From the human T2T-CHM13v2.0 reference genome, Homo sapiens: a DNA stretch of 64,000 bases. Positions 48,811-60,299 of this stretch are shown here, piece by piece; within the stretch, counting starts at the first letter, position 1; every line of letters starts with the position of its first letter. The position numbers were made by a program, and so were the translations under genes. The notes below the pieces were generated by a model. It saw only the letters and a list, made by a program, of their open reading frames with translations, searched no databases and was not told the origin of the DNA. The DNA lies in assembly GCF_009914755.1 (NCBI RefSeq), contig NC_060934.1, one strand, 5' to 3'.

Positions 48811-49744
48811 AAAAGCAGCTATTACTTTTTAGCTTTTATGAGATGCATAAGCTTTTTAACTAGAGTAATAAGAAATTACGCAAACATGCATAAGTGGAAA
48901 TTATTAATGTTTCTTTGACAAAAATGTGAGATTGCTTTTATTTAAGGGACATTGTTAGTATGAATGCTTCAAAAACGGAATCAATAGTCATCCTACATTA
49001 AATCCAAATCGGTGTACTCTATACATCTGCCTACGTGTCTGCGTAAGCATGGGTGCTCCCCAAATTCCTGTAATTTATAAGAGCTATTTAATACTTACTT
49101 TCATTTTTCCTTCCCCACTCAGTTCTTTCATTTCTCCCGAATGAATCAAGGAGAAATCTCCCAGGAAGGCGAAACCTCTGGACCACCAAGTCCTTGAAGT
49201 AGGGCGACCCACTGCCACAGTTTTAATGGGAGTGTCCCGGTTTTAGCACTTAATAATCTCATGACCCGGGAGCTCCACTAGTCTTCTGCAAACTGCGATG
49301 GTGGTTTCCTCTACCTGGGAGCCTGGCAGCCCCACCAGGCCCTACAGGATTACATCTGTTGACTGCACTCAGTTTTACTTCATTGCAGGTGGTGTTTCTT
49401 TCCCTTGGTAGAGTTCTTTCACTAACACCCCTGTGAGTCTTGTCAGATGTGATTAAACTCTGGGCAACACAAATGGAATGAAAAGAGGGAGGTGGAATTG
49501 TTTTTTTTTTTTTTTTTTAACGTGAGATAACTGACAGGTAAGACTTGAGATGAACCGGGGGGTTAAAGAAGGGTATGCGTGCCTCTGGGTGCTTTGCTAT
49601 CTATGTGCTCACACATAAGAAGGAGTATGTGTAATGTACTGGGGAAGAGACCTTGGGAAGCCCGACCTGGGCAGGAGCCCCTGGAAAGTGGGGGAGGGGA
49701 AGGCAGCCGTGGCTGCAAAATTGAGGCACACAGTTTCCCATCAC

Positions 49745-49763
49745 GGCCTCCAGAGGGCGCCAT
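49745..49763 (+). promoter_or_regulatory. Strong CTCF-like motif (forward) in a CpG-enriched patch (49.55-50.55 kb)
   Basis: GGCCTCCAGAGGGCGCCAT versus core CCASYAGRKGGCRS; nearby CGCG-rich run at 50111-50150. Confidence 0.65.
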
Positions 49764-50869
49764 CAGCCCGCAGTGGTTCTTTGCCTTTTGAGGGCGGGCA
49801 GAAGGAAGCGGATCCACCTGGAGGATGGGTAACGAGAGCTGCAACCCACTTCCTTCAGGGCTGGGGCATGCAAGAACGAGGAGTGGACCGCTCGCAGTGC
49901 TTGAATGTCCTCCTTGTTAACCCCAGCTGGGATAAGCACCTCCGCCTCATAAGATCAAAGCTCTTTCATTCCTGCTTTAACTTTGCCAGTTCCCTTTACT
50001 TCGGAAAGAATGAGAAACCTCATCCTAGCAATCCCAGGGATCTGTGCCCTCCAGAGGAAGATCTCTGCAAAGCTGTTTACAGCGGGTTGTTTGGAGGCCA
50101 GCTTCTCTGGCACGGCGCGGTGTCCCCGTGGAGCGTTTCCAGGGCGCGGAGGCCCTGGGTCACCAACTCGAATGAATAGTGAGTGAGCTGATTGCCGCTC
50201 CACGCTGATGGATGTATATTTGTTACATTTGAAGTGTTCTGAGAAAAGAACTGCTTCTGAAAAGAAGAGCTTTGTGTGAGCACAGTGAACATGAAGGGCG
50301 AGATTCCAAAACCTTTAGGAGGGTTTTCTTTCTATGCAAGAATGAGCCACAGAAAGCTGTTCCCAGCATCCTCTGCTAATCTAGGAACACCTATGGAAAA
50401 GCGTTGTCCCGGTCTCAATCCCAGGGATGGGAATCAGGAAGCACAGAAGCTGCCATCAGAGCCCAGGGCTGGCTCTGTCATTGCCCCTTGGGTGACCTGC
50501 CGGCAAACCGCTAGAGAGCCGAGCCTCAGTTTTCTCATCTGTAAAATGAGAGCCCGGTTGTAGGGTACCCAAGTTCCCTCCCAGGTCTGGCACTTCCTGA
50601 GGGTCCTATTGTTCACCATAGAGCTAATAATGCTAGTTCTCAATTGTTTTGTTCTTGGGACCCCTTCACAAATCTTAAAAGTACTGAGCCTCCCCCCACC
50701 CCATGGATCTGTGGGGGCTTCTTTTGCTATTTGGCAGTCAGTACTAATCAAACTAACTGACATAGAAGAATTTTAGCTTATACTTCATGTGTCTAAGGCT
50801 CTCTCCAAGGGCCTTCTCTCTGCCCTATCATGTTTACATTTGCCTTGGTTGATGTAAGGCACTGATTAT

Positions 50870-51195
50870 GGCCTCTGGATGCACATTGGAATCACCTGTA
50901 GAGCTGAGACATAACCTCAGACCAATTCCCAGAGATTCTCATCTAGTTGGTCTCTGCTAGGGTAGTGGGGAGGGGGCTACCAGGTGATTTTTAATGTGTA
51001 GCCAGGCTTGAGAAGGGCCACTCTGATAGCTCTGTGGTTCTCAAAGTCAGCCGGCAGCATCAGTATTACCTGGGAACTTGTTAGAAATGCAAATTCTCAG
51101 GCCTGCCAAGGACCTACTAGGGCAGAGCCCAGGAATCTGTTTTAACAAGCCTTCCAGGTGATTTGAATACATGCTACAGTTTGAGACCCAGTGTT
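50870..51195. mobile_element. Two adjacent MER5-type remnants
   Basis: gcacattggaatcacctg..cccagagattct..; gtggttctcaaagt..cagcatcagtattacctgggaacttgttagaaatgcaaattctcagg..agtttgagaccca. Confidence 0.75.
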
Positions 51196-52102
51196 CTCAA
51201 TTGCCACACCTCCACAGCTTCCACTCCCACCTTCACCATCACCTCCATCAACTAAGTAAGCCCATGAAAATGTTTCAGGTTCCCATCTTCCAAGGTGCAG
51301 CTGTCTGTGTTTGCAGTGGTGACAGGGGCTTGGGTGACTGTGGCATCATTTGCATGTGAGAAGCTGCTGGGCTCTTCAGCAAGAATGAACCAAAGGTCAC
51401 TAAATGCCACACACATATTCCATTCAGCAAATATTTATTGCATAAATATTTATTGAGGTACCAGCCTACTGCTGAGGGCATCACCTTACAGAATGCTTGC
51501 TGCATAGGAGATGCTTCAGAAATGCTGGCTGATGAAACCTCAAGGCCTTTTTGCAGCCATTCATGCTGCCTAAGAATTATGCATCCTGTTTACTCTGTCC
51601 TTACCTTCGACACATGGAAGCTCTAATCCTTGGGAATCCTGAAAAGCAAGGGTCCCTCTGGCACAGCAACCAAAAAGAAAATCACAACCACACCTAGCCT
51701 GTGCTAGCCTTGCCAATGATATTGCTTTTGCAAAGAATGGAAAATATTTGCAAATGGTTGAATGTTGAATCATGGGTTCTATGATATTAATGTTTATAAA
51801 ATTCCATTTTACTATGGAAACAATAGGCTAATTGTTAGAGTGGATGGAGATCTATAGGATTGTCTCCTCCACACTCACATACTTGTTTTTCTAGAAACTG
51901 CCACCTTTCCCATCCGTATTTCTCACAGGAGCTCTCTCTCTCTTTCTCTCTCTTTTTCTCTCTCTCTCTGTATATAGTACATGACCCATCAACCTAACTG
52001 GCACTCAATCCAAAGTGGGCTACTGACTCTTGATTCCTTTGGTTAGAATTTTTTGGACTTGACACTGAGCAATCTCCCTATGGTGACTGAAGCTGGAAGG
52101 TT

Positions 52103-52135
52103 CAGTATTAGGGTTCTCCATAGATATGGGACCAA

Positions 52136-52190
<55 letters not shown>

Positions 52191-52216
52191 TACAGAGAGA
52201 GAGAGAGGGAAGATAG

Positions 52217-52263
<47 letters not shown>

Positions 52264-52698
52264 AAAGGAATTTATTAGGGGAATTGGCTAAGACAGGTTG
52301 TCTGCGAGCTGGAGACCCTGGGATGCTGGTAGCATGGCTCAGTCTAAGTTCAAAGGCCTTGGAACTAGGGAAGCAGGTGGTGTAATTCTCAGTCCGAAGC
52401 TGAAGGCCTGAGAACTTGGAGTGGGGTGGGGTGGAGGAGTGTGGTAAGTTTTAGAGCCTAAAAGTTGGAGCTTGGAGTTCTGATGTCCAAGGGACAGAAG
52501 AAAAGTATACCCCAAATCCAGGAGAGAGAGAGAGGAACTCACCTTTTTGTTCTATTCAGGTACCCAGCTGATTGGATGGTGCCTGCCCACATTGAGGGCA
52601 GATCTTCCCCACTCAGTCCATTGACTCACATGGCAATCTCCTCTGGAAACAGCCTCCATGACATACTCAGAAATAATCATTTATTTACCTGTTCTTTA
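52103..52698 (-). mobile_element. MLT2 (ERVL) LTR, left part, containing (TG)n/(GA)n/(GATA)n microsatellites; continues at 58681-58732
   Basis: tattagggttctcc.., tttattaggggaattggct.., gattggatggtgcctgcccacattgagggcagatcttcc; the terminus ttaatccagtcaagtttacatctaaagtgaaccatgaca lies on the far side of the HERV-H. Confidence 0.85.
52138..52262. repeat. Compound (TG)n-(GA)n-(GATA)n microsatellite
   Basis: direct reading. Confidence 0.95.
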
Positions 52699-53053
52699 TT
52701 TCACTCGTGTCCATGTGAAGAGACCACCAAACAGGCTTTGTGTGAGCAATAAAGCTTTTAATCAGCTGGGTGCAGGCGGGCTGAGTCCGAAAAGAGAGTC
52801 AGCAAAGGGAGATGGGGTGGGGCTGTTTTATAAGATTTGGGTAGGTAAAGGAAAATTACAAAGGGGGTTGTTCTCTGGCAGGCAGGTGTGGGGGTCACAG
52901 GGTGCTCAGTAGGGGAGCTTTTGAGCCAGGATGAGCCAGGAGAAGGAATTTCACAAGATAATGTCATCAGTTAAGGCAAGAACAGGCCATCTGGATGTGT
53001 ACGTGCAGGTCACAGGGGATATGATGGCTTAGCTTGGGCTCAGAGGCCTGACA
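52699..53053 (-). repeat. HERV-H 3' LTR (355 bp)
   Basis: TGTCAGG...GTGAAA on the - strand, preceded by the purine-rich PPT-like AACAAGACAGGAA. Confidence 0.95.
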
Positions 53054-53879
53054 TTCCTGTCTTGTTATATTAATAAGAAAAATAAAATGAAATAGTGGTA
53101 AAGTGTTGGGATGGCAAAAATTTGGGGGGATGGTATGGAGAGATATTTCTCAGGGCTGCTTTGAGTGGGATTAGGGGCGGTGTGGGAACCTAGAGTGGGA
53201 GAGATTAAGCTGAAGGAAGATTTTGTGGTAAGGGGTGATATTGTGGGACTGTTAGAAGAAACATTTGTCATTTAGAATTCTTGGTGATGGCCTGAATATG
53301 GTTTTGTATGAATTGAAAAACTAAACGGAAAAAGAGAAGGAGAAAACAGGTATTAAAGGTCTAAGAATTGGGAGGACCCAGGACATCTGATTAGAGAGTG
53401 CCTAAGGAGGGTCAGCATAGTCCTGCCAGCAAAGATTATTTATTTACTTTAAGAGTTAAGAGTGGCAGTTTGGGGATAGCACCAGGAGATATCAGCTGTG
53501 ATGACTTGGAGAAACAGTGTAAACCGGCAGTGTAAACAAGAGCAGGGCATGTATGAGTAGTTGAGAACGGTGAATAGGAGTATGACTAGACAGAAGATAG
53601 TAGGGATGACAAGTTTTTTGGGGCACAGTCCAAGTTGGTCTGGTGTCTGGAATGAGACTGGGGCCTAATAAAACGGAGCATCCATACAGGAGCTCAAATG
53701 GGCTATACCTGTAGCATTTCGAGGACAGGCCTGAATTCTGAGAAAAGAAAGAGGTAAAAGTATTGTCCAGTCCTTTTTAAGTTGGTGGCTGCCTGAAGAC
53801 TGAGGACTGTAAGGGATATAAAGGTTTCACTGAATACCAACAGCCTGAAAAACTGCTTGGCTGATTTGACTAATAAAGG

Positions 53880-56340
53880 CCGGTCCACTATCGGACCGTA
53901 GAGGTGGGAAGGCCAAACCGAATAATTATGTCTGACAGACGGGAAGAAATGACCGCAGTGGCCTTCTCAGACCCTGTAGGAAAGGCCATCCAGTGAAAGT
54001 GTCTACCCAGACCAAGAGGTATTTTAGTTTCCTGACTCAGGGCATGTTGAATAAAGCCAATTTGCCAGTCCTGGGCAGGGACAAATCCCTGAGCTTGATG
54101 TGTGGGAAAGGGAGGAGGCCTGAACAATCCCTGAGGGGTAGTAGAATAGCAGATGGAACACTGAGAAGTGATTTCCTTGAGGATAGATTTCCATGATGGA
54201 AAAGAAATGAGAGGTTCTAAGAGACGGGCTAGTGGCTTGTAACCTACATGGAAGAGGTTATGAAATGACGACAGAATAGGATGGGCCTGTGAGGCTGGAA
54301 GGAAATATTTTCCTTGATCTAAGAACCATTTGCCTTGTGTGGGAAGAGACTGATAGGTGGAAGTTTCAGTGGGGAAGTAGGTGGGAGTGGCCAGATGAGA
54401 AGGAGAAAAACTGAAAGTGAGGGATATAAGTTGGAATGCTAGCTGCTTTTTTAGCTATCTTATCAGCGTAAGCATTGTCCTGAGCGATGGGATCTGATGC
54501 CCTTTGATGACCTTTGCAGTGAATGACTCCAGCTTCCTCTGGAAGTAAAGCAGCTTTGAGAAGCGTTTTTATTAAAGAGGCATTAATGATAGAGGACCTT
54601 TGTGTAGTGAGGAAATCTCTTGCACAGTGGTGCAGGATATGGAAGGCATATTTAGAGTCAGTATAAATATTGACATTTAGTCCTTTTGCAAGAGTGAGGG
54701 CTTGACTTAAGGCAATGAGTTCGGCTTGCTGAGAGGTAGTGGAGGGGGTCAGAGCAGTAGCCTCAATGATAGATGTGGAAGATACTGTAGCATAGCCTGC
54801 CTTTGCTGGTGAGTGACGATTAGGCCTGGTGGAACTGCCATCAATAAACTAAATGTGATCAGGGTGAGGAACAGGAAATAAGGAAATATGGGGAAATGGG
54901 GTGAATGTCAGGTGGATCAGAGAGATACAGTCATGAGGGTCAGGTGTGGTATCCAGAATAATGTGGGAGGCCAGATTGAAGTCCGTGCCAGGAACAATGG
55001 TAATTGTGGGAGACTCAACAAAGAGTATAGCTGAAGGAGCCAGGAAGCAGAAAGTATATGCATCAGGTATGAGGAAGAAAATAGATTTTGGAAGGTTTGA
55101 GAACTGTAGAGAGTGAGCTGAGCATAGTTTGTGATTTTTAGGGCCTCTAAAAGTATTAAAGCAGCAGCAGCTGCTGCATGCAGACGTGAGGGCTAGGCTA
55201 AAACAGTAAGGTCAATTTGTTTGGACAGAAAGGCTACAGGGTGCGGTCTCGGCTCTTGTGTAAGAATTCTGACCGCACTAACCATGCCTAGGAAGGAAAG
55301 GAGTTGTTGTTTTGTAGAAGGGATTCAGGTTTGGGAGATTAGTCGAACACGATCAGCAGGGAGAGCACGTGTGTTTTTATGAGAATTATGCCGAGATAGG
55401 TAACAGATGAAGATGAAATATGGGCTTGACTGAAGGAATGGGGGCTGTCTGTGAAGACTTGTGGCAGTACAGCCCAGGTAATTTGCTGAGCCTAATGGGT
55501 GTCAGGGTCAGTCCAAGTGAAAGCGAAGAGAGGCTGGGTATGAAGGGTGCAAAGGAATAGTAAAGAAAGCATGTTTGAGATCCAGAACAGAATAATGGAT
55601 TGTAGAGGCAGGTATTGAGGATAGGAGAGTATATGGGTTGGCACCACGGGGTGGATAGGCAAAACAATTTGGTTGATAAGGCGCAGATCCTGAACTAACT
55701 TGTAAGGCTTGTACACAACTGAGGCTTTGGGTTGGGAGAAGGGCAGCAATGAGATGCAGCTGTAGTCCAGGAATAGTCAGGGAAGCAGATAATTTAGTTA
55801 AAGTATCTCGGCCTAATAAGGGAACTGGGCAGGTGGAGATAACTAAAAAGGAGTGCTTAAAAGAGTATTGTCTAAGTTGGCACCAGAGTTGGGGAGTTTT
55901 AAGAGGTTTAGAAGCCTGGCCGTCAATACCCACAACAGTTATGGAGGCAAGGGAAACAGGCCCTTGAAAAGGAGGTAATGTGGAGTGGGTAGCCTCTGTA
56001 TTGATTAAGAAGGGGACAGACTTACCCTCCACTGTGAGAGTTACCTAGAGCATCTGTGATGGTCCTGTAGGCTTCTGAGGCAATCAGGCAGTGTCAGTCT
56101 TCAGCTGCTAAGCCGAGAAGATCTGGGAAAGAGTCAGTCAGAGAGCCTTGGGCCAGAGTTCCAGGGGCTCTGGAAGTGGCTGCCAGGTGAGTTGAACAGT
56201 CCGATTTTCAGTGGGGTCCCGCATAGATGGGACATGGCTTAGGAGGAATCCCAGGCTGTGGGCATTCCTTGGCCCAGTGGCCAGATTTCTGGCACTTGTA
56301 GCAAGCTCCTGGGGGAGGAGGTTCTGGAGGAACCCCTGGC
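53880..56340 (-). pseudogene. Disrupted HERV-H gag(NC)-pro-pol
   Basis: GACYKCQKSGHWAKEC zinc knuckle (~56262-56310), FLINTEATHSTLP protease, YKLVQDLRLINQ / VLDLKHAFFTIPLHP RT, VNIYTDSKYAF RNase H (~54643-54674), QDWQI / RFGLPTS integrase; many frameshifts. Confidence 0.92.
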
Positions 56341-57434
56341 AGCTGCAGTTCAGGCATTTGGAGTTCTCGTGTGCTGGTGATGTGGCTGGGGTTTGTCTCA
56401 CAGTGGAGGCAAGGAATTGCAACTCAGAAATAACATTGCTACTTGGCTGCCTCTACTCTATTATTGTACACCTTGAAGGTGAGATTAATTAAGTCCTGTG
56501 TGGGGTTTGAGGGCTGGGATTTAATTTTTGGAGCTTTATTTCATGTTGGGAGCAGATTGGGTAATACAATAAAATGCATATTGAGAATAAGACGGCTTTC
56601 TGACCTTTCAGGGTCTAGGGCGGTAAAGCATCTCAGGGTTGCTGCCAAACGAGCCATGAACTGGGCTGGGTTTTTCATATTTGATTAAAAACAGCCTAAA
56701 CACTAACTGATTTTGGGAGACGTCAGATAAAGAAAAAGGAGCATTAAACTTGACTATGCCTTTAGCTCCAGCCACCTTTTTAAGAGGAAATTGCTGGACA
56801 GGTGGGGGAAGGCTAGTCCAGGAAGGAAACTGTAAGCTAGACAGGGTCTGAGGAGGGGAGGTGATAAAAGGATTATAGGATGGGGGAGCAGAGGCTGAGG
56901 AAGAATTGGGACCTGGCTGGGCCTGGTGAGGAGGGGAGAAGTCAGATGGGTCTTTAGAAAGGAAGATTAGAAAGACTCAGCGACACTTGGGGTTGGGACT
57001 GAGGGGACAGGCGGGAGGGAAAGAAGGACGATTTGGGACGAGTCGCATTGGGAACAGAGACTAGGGAGGGAACAATGTGTAAAAGAATGCCTGGATGTCA
57101 GGCACCTCAGACCTTTTGCCTATTTTATGACAAGAATTATTTAGATCTTGTAGGATGGAAAAATTGAAAGTGCCATTTTCTGGCTATTTGGAACCACTGT
57201 CGAGTTTGTACTGGGGTCAAGCAGCATTGCAGAAGAAAATAAGGCATTTAGGTTTTAGGTCAGGTGTGAGTTGAGGTTTTAAGTTCTTGAGAACACAGGC
57301 TAAGGGAGAAGAAGGAGGAATGGAGGGTGGAAGGTTGCCTATAGTGAAGGAGGCAAGCCCAGAGAAAAGAGAGAGTAGAGACATGGAGAGAAGGGGTTTG
57401 GGGATTCTTACCCCCCAGAAAAGCAGGAAAGGGG

Positions 57435-57672
57435 TTGGGGCATGGAAATAAGGGGTTGGGGTGCAGAGATAAGAGGTCAGGGTGTGGAAATAAAGGATCA
57501 GGGCACAGAGATAAGAGGTCGGGGCATGGAAATAAGGAATCAGGGCACAGAGATAAGAGGTCGGGGTGCAGAAAAAAGGGATCGGGGTGCAGAGATAAGA
57601 GTTCGGGGCGTGGAAATAAGGGATCGGGGTGCAGAGATAAGAGGTTGGGGTGTGGAAATAAGGGATTGGGAG
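57435..57672. repeat. ~40 nt (2x20) purine-rich tandem repeat in the HERV-H leader
   Basis: alternating GGGGCATGGAAATAAGGGAT and GGGGTGCAGAGATAAGAGGT units, about 12 half-units. Confidence 0.9.
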
Positions 57673-58250
57673 GTTCTTGCCCCCAGAAAAGCAGAGAAGG
57701 GGTACAGACATGGAGAGAAGGGGTTGGGGGGTTCTTGCCCCCTAGAAAAGCACTACTTGCCGCTAAGGGTGAAGGAGAAGGGGCTGGGAGGTTCTTGCCC
57801 CCCAGAAAAGAGGTACTTGCTGCTAAGGGTCAAGGACCAAGGCAGGCATCCCCTTGTGGTCAAACACCTCTGAAACGTGGGTGAATAATCAGGCAGGTGT
57901 CCCTGTGTGATTAAACACCAAGGGAAGACTGTCTTCCCGAGTCCATGACCGGCGCCAGAGTTTTGGGTCCATGGATAAAGTGCGTCTCCTGTCTCTACCA
58001 GAAAAGGAAAGGAACTGAAATTAAGAGAAGGGAGAGATTGAAGGGTGGCGCCAAGATTGAAAGGAGAAAGTGGCTGAGGGATAGTGAGATAGGTTGGAGA
58101 AGAGAGTAAGAAGAGGCTGCTTACCCAATTTAAAATTGGTAAGATGTTCCTTGGGCTGGTGGGTCTGAGGACCCGAGGTTGTAGGTGAATCTTTTTCACG
58201 GAGCAAAGAGCAGGAGGACAGGGGACTGATCTCCCAAGGGAGGTCCCCCA

Positions 58251-58268
58251 ATCCAAGTCACGGCACCA
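58251..58268 (-). promoter_or_regulatory. tRNA-His primer binding site
   Basis: - strand TGGTGCCGTGACTTGGAT, one mismatch (CpG decay) from TGGTGCCGTGACTCGGAT. Confidence 0.93.
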
Positions 58269-58270
58269 AA

Positions 58271-58680
58271 TTTCACTTGCATCCGTGTGAAGAGACCACC
58301 AAACAGGCTTTGTGTGAGCAATAAAGCTTTTAATCAACTGGTTGCAGGAGGGCTGAGTCTGAAAAGAAAGTCAGCAAAGGGAGATGGGGTGGGGCCATTT
58401 TATAAGATTTGGGAAGGTAAAGGAAAATTACAGTCAAAGGGGGTTGTTCTCTGGTGGGCAGGAGTGGGGGTCACAAGGTGCTCAGTGGGGGAGCTTTGGA
58501 GCCAGGATGAGCCAGGAGAAGGAATTTCACAAGATAATGTCATCAGTTAAGGCAGGAACAGGCCATTTTCACTTCTTTTGTGGTGGAATGTCGTCAGTTA
58601 AGGCAGGAACCGGCCATCTGGATGTGTACATGCAGGTCACAGGGGATATGATGGCTTAGCTTGGGCTCAGAGGCCTGACA
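58271..58680 (-). promoter_or_regulatory. HERV-H 5' LTR (410 bp) with TATA box (58398-58405) and ATTAAA poly(A) signal (58329-58334)
   Basis: adjacent to the PBS; - strand TTATAAAA and GATTAAAAGCTTTATTG. Confidence 0.95.
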
Positions 58681-58786
58681 CTTTAGGGAATCCTTAATCC
58701 AGTCAAGTTTACATCTAAAGTGAACCATGACAACAGACAATGATGAAGTTGGTGGACATGTTTCCACTGACATGGAGTGATCCAGT
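58285..58786 (-). ncRNA. HECTD2-AS1: Candidate terminal exon of a - strand lncRNA (probably HECTD2-AS1); 3' end approximate
   Basis: strong - strand acceptor TTCCTTCTCTTTCCTTGCAG|ACTG (58787-58806) followed by the LTR ATTAAA; gene name rests on my recollection that HECTD2-AS1 ends downstream of PCGF5. Confidence 0.45.
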
Positions 58787-59291
58787 CTGCAAGGAAAGAG
58801 AAGGAAGCTGGCAACACACACACAGCACAGGAGGAATGAGGGGAGCCTCCTCATGCACCTCAGTAACTTGGCTCTAGTTATTCGTGAAGCCCATCTGCAT
58901 CCCCACTCTTTCCCATACTTGGTTTTTCAACATTTTCTTTTAGATTTTTGTGGCTCAAATCAATTCCCCTTTGAGATGAAGCTAATTGGGATTTGATTCT
59001 GTCACTTGTAACCATGGCCCTAACCAAAACAAGTGTTTGAACAGCTTTAGGGTGACTAAAATGAATACAAAGGGGGAAGTCCACCAATAGCTCTGACATT
59101 CTGGTTTCTGTCACCTCATGTCTTTCTTAAACACATGAATTTTACCAGATACCCTTTAAGGGTCAGTTTTGTAGTTTTTTGGCAAACTTTTAATTGAATG
59201 ATAAGATACATATTTAAAAAACTGCACAATCATAACTTCTCACAAAATACACATACCTGTAAAACCAACACCCAGATTAAGAATCAGAACA

Positions 59292-59608
<317 letters not shown>

Positions 59609-60299
59609 TCAGAAGATATCTAGCAACCCTCCCAGTCAGTATCCCCTCACCTCAGGGTAGCCATGCTCCTGACTTCTGACATCATAGAACATTTTGCCTG
59701 TTTCTGAACTTTAAGGAATCATACAGGATGTTCTCTTTCATGTCTGGCTTCTTTCTCATTGGTAAGATGCATCCATGTTGTTGCATGGGGCTGTAGTCCA
59801 TCCTTATTGCTGAGTAGTATCCCCAGCTTTGTATTTAAATGTTATTTTTCTTAAAGTAGGCTAGAAATCAATAATAGAAACATAGTAGAAGTAGCTATTT
59901 GTTCTCCTGATGATCTATTGATCCTGATGGTAAAATATCTAAATCATACAAGCTGCCTGGAACTTTGCAGAAGAGAGAAACTGATCTTATTAAGTTGGAG
60001 GCTTCATTGAGATTCTTCTTATGCTGCTCAGCTCAAGTGAGGGCACGGGCTGCTTCCTCCTTATGAAGTAGGAAAAACAAATGACCCACCTCCTGCCCTT
60101 GCGCAGAACAGAGCTTCTGAAAGAAAAGCATGCTGCAGCTGTCCTTAAAAGTGACCCTTTCAAAAAACTTAATCAGACTGCATATTGTTTATTTCAGCAA
60201 ATAGCATTCAATGACTCTAAAGACAAATAATGCCTTACTGCAATTTGTACATAATTTTTGGAAAACAATACTATTCTAATTTTTACCAAGCAAGCAAAC

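Larger units (their letters stand above)
52699..58680 (-). mobile_element. HERV-H provirus with two LTR7-family LTRs; common ~6 kb env-deleted form
   Basis: LTRs begin TGTCAGGCCTCTGAGCCCAAGC on the - strand; tRNA-His PBS; gag/pro/pol remnants; 5-bp TSD CTTTA at 52694-52698 and 58681-58685. Confidence 0.97.

Noticed and set aside
55386-56032. Functional HERV-H protease/RT
   Set aside because: Catalytic motif reads NTEA rather than DTGA, and RT is split across frames and partly deleted
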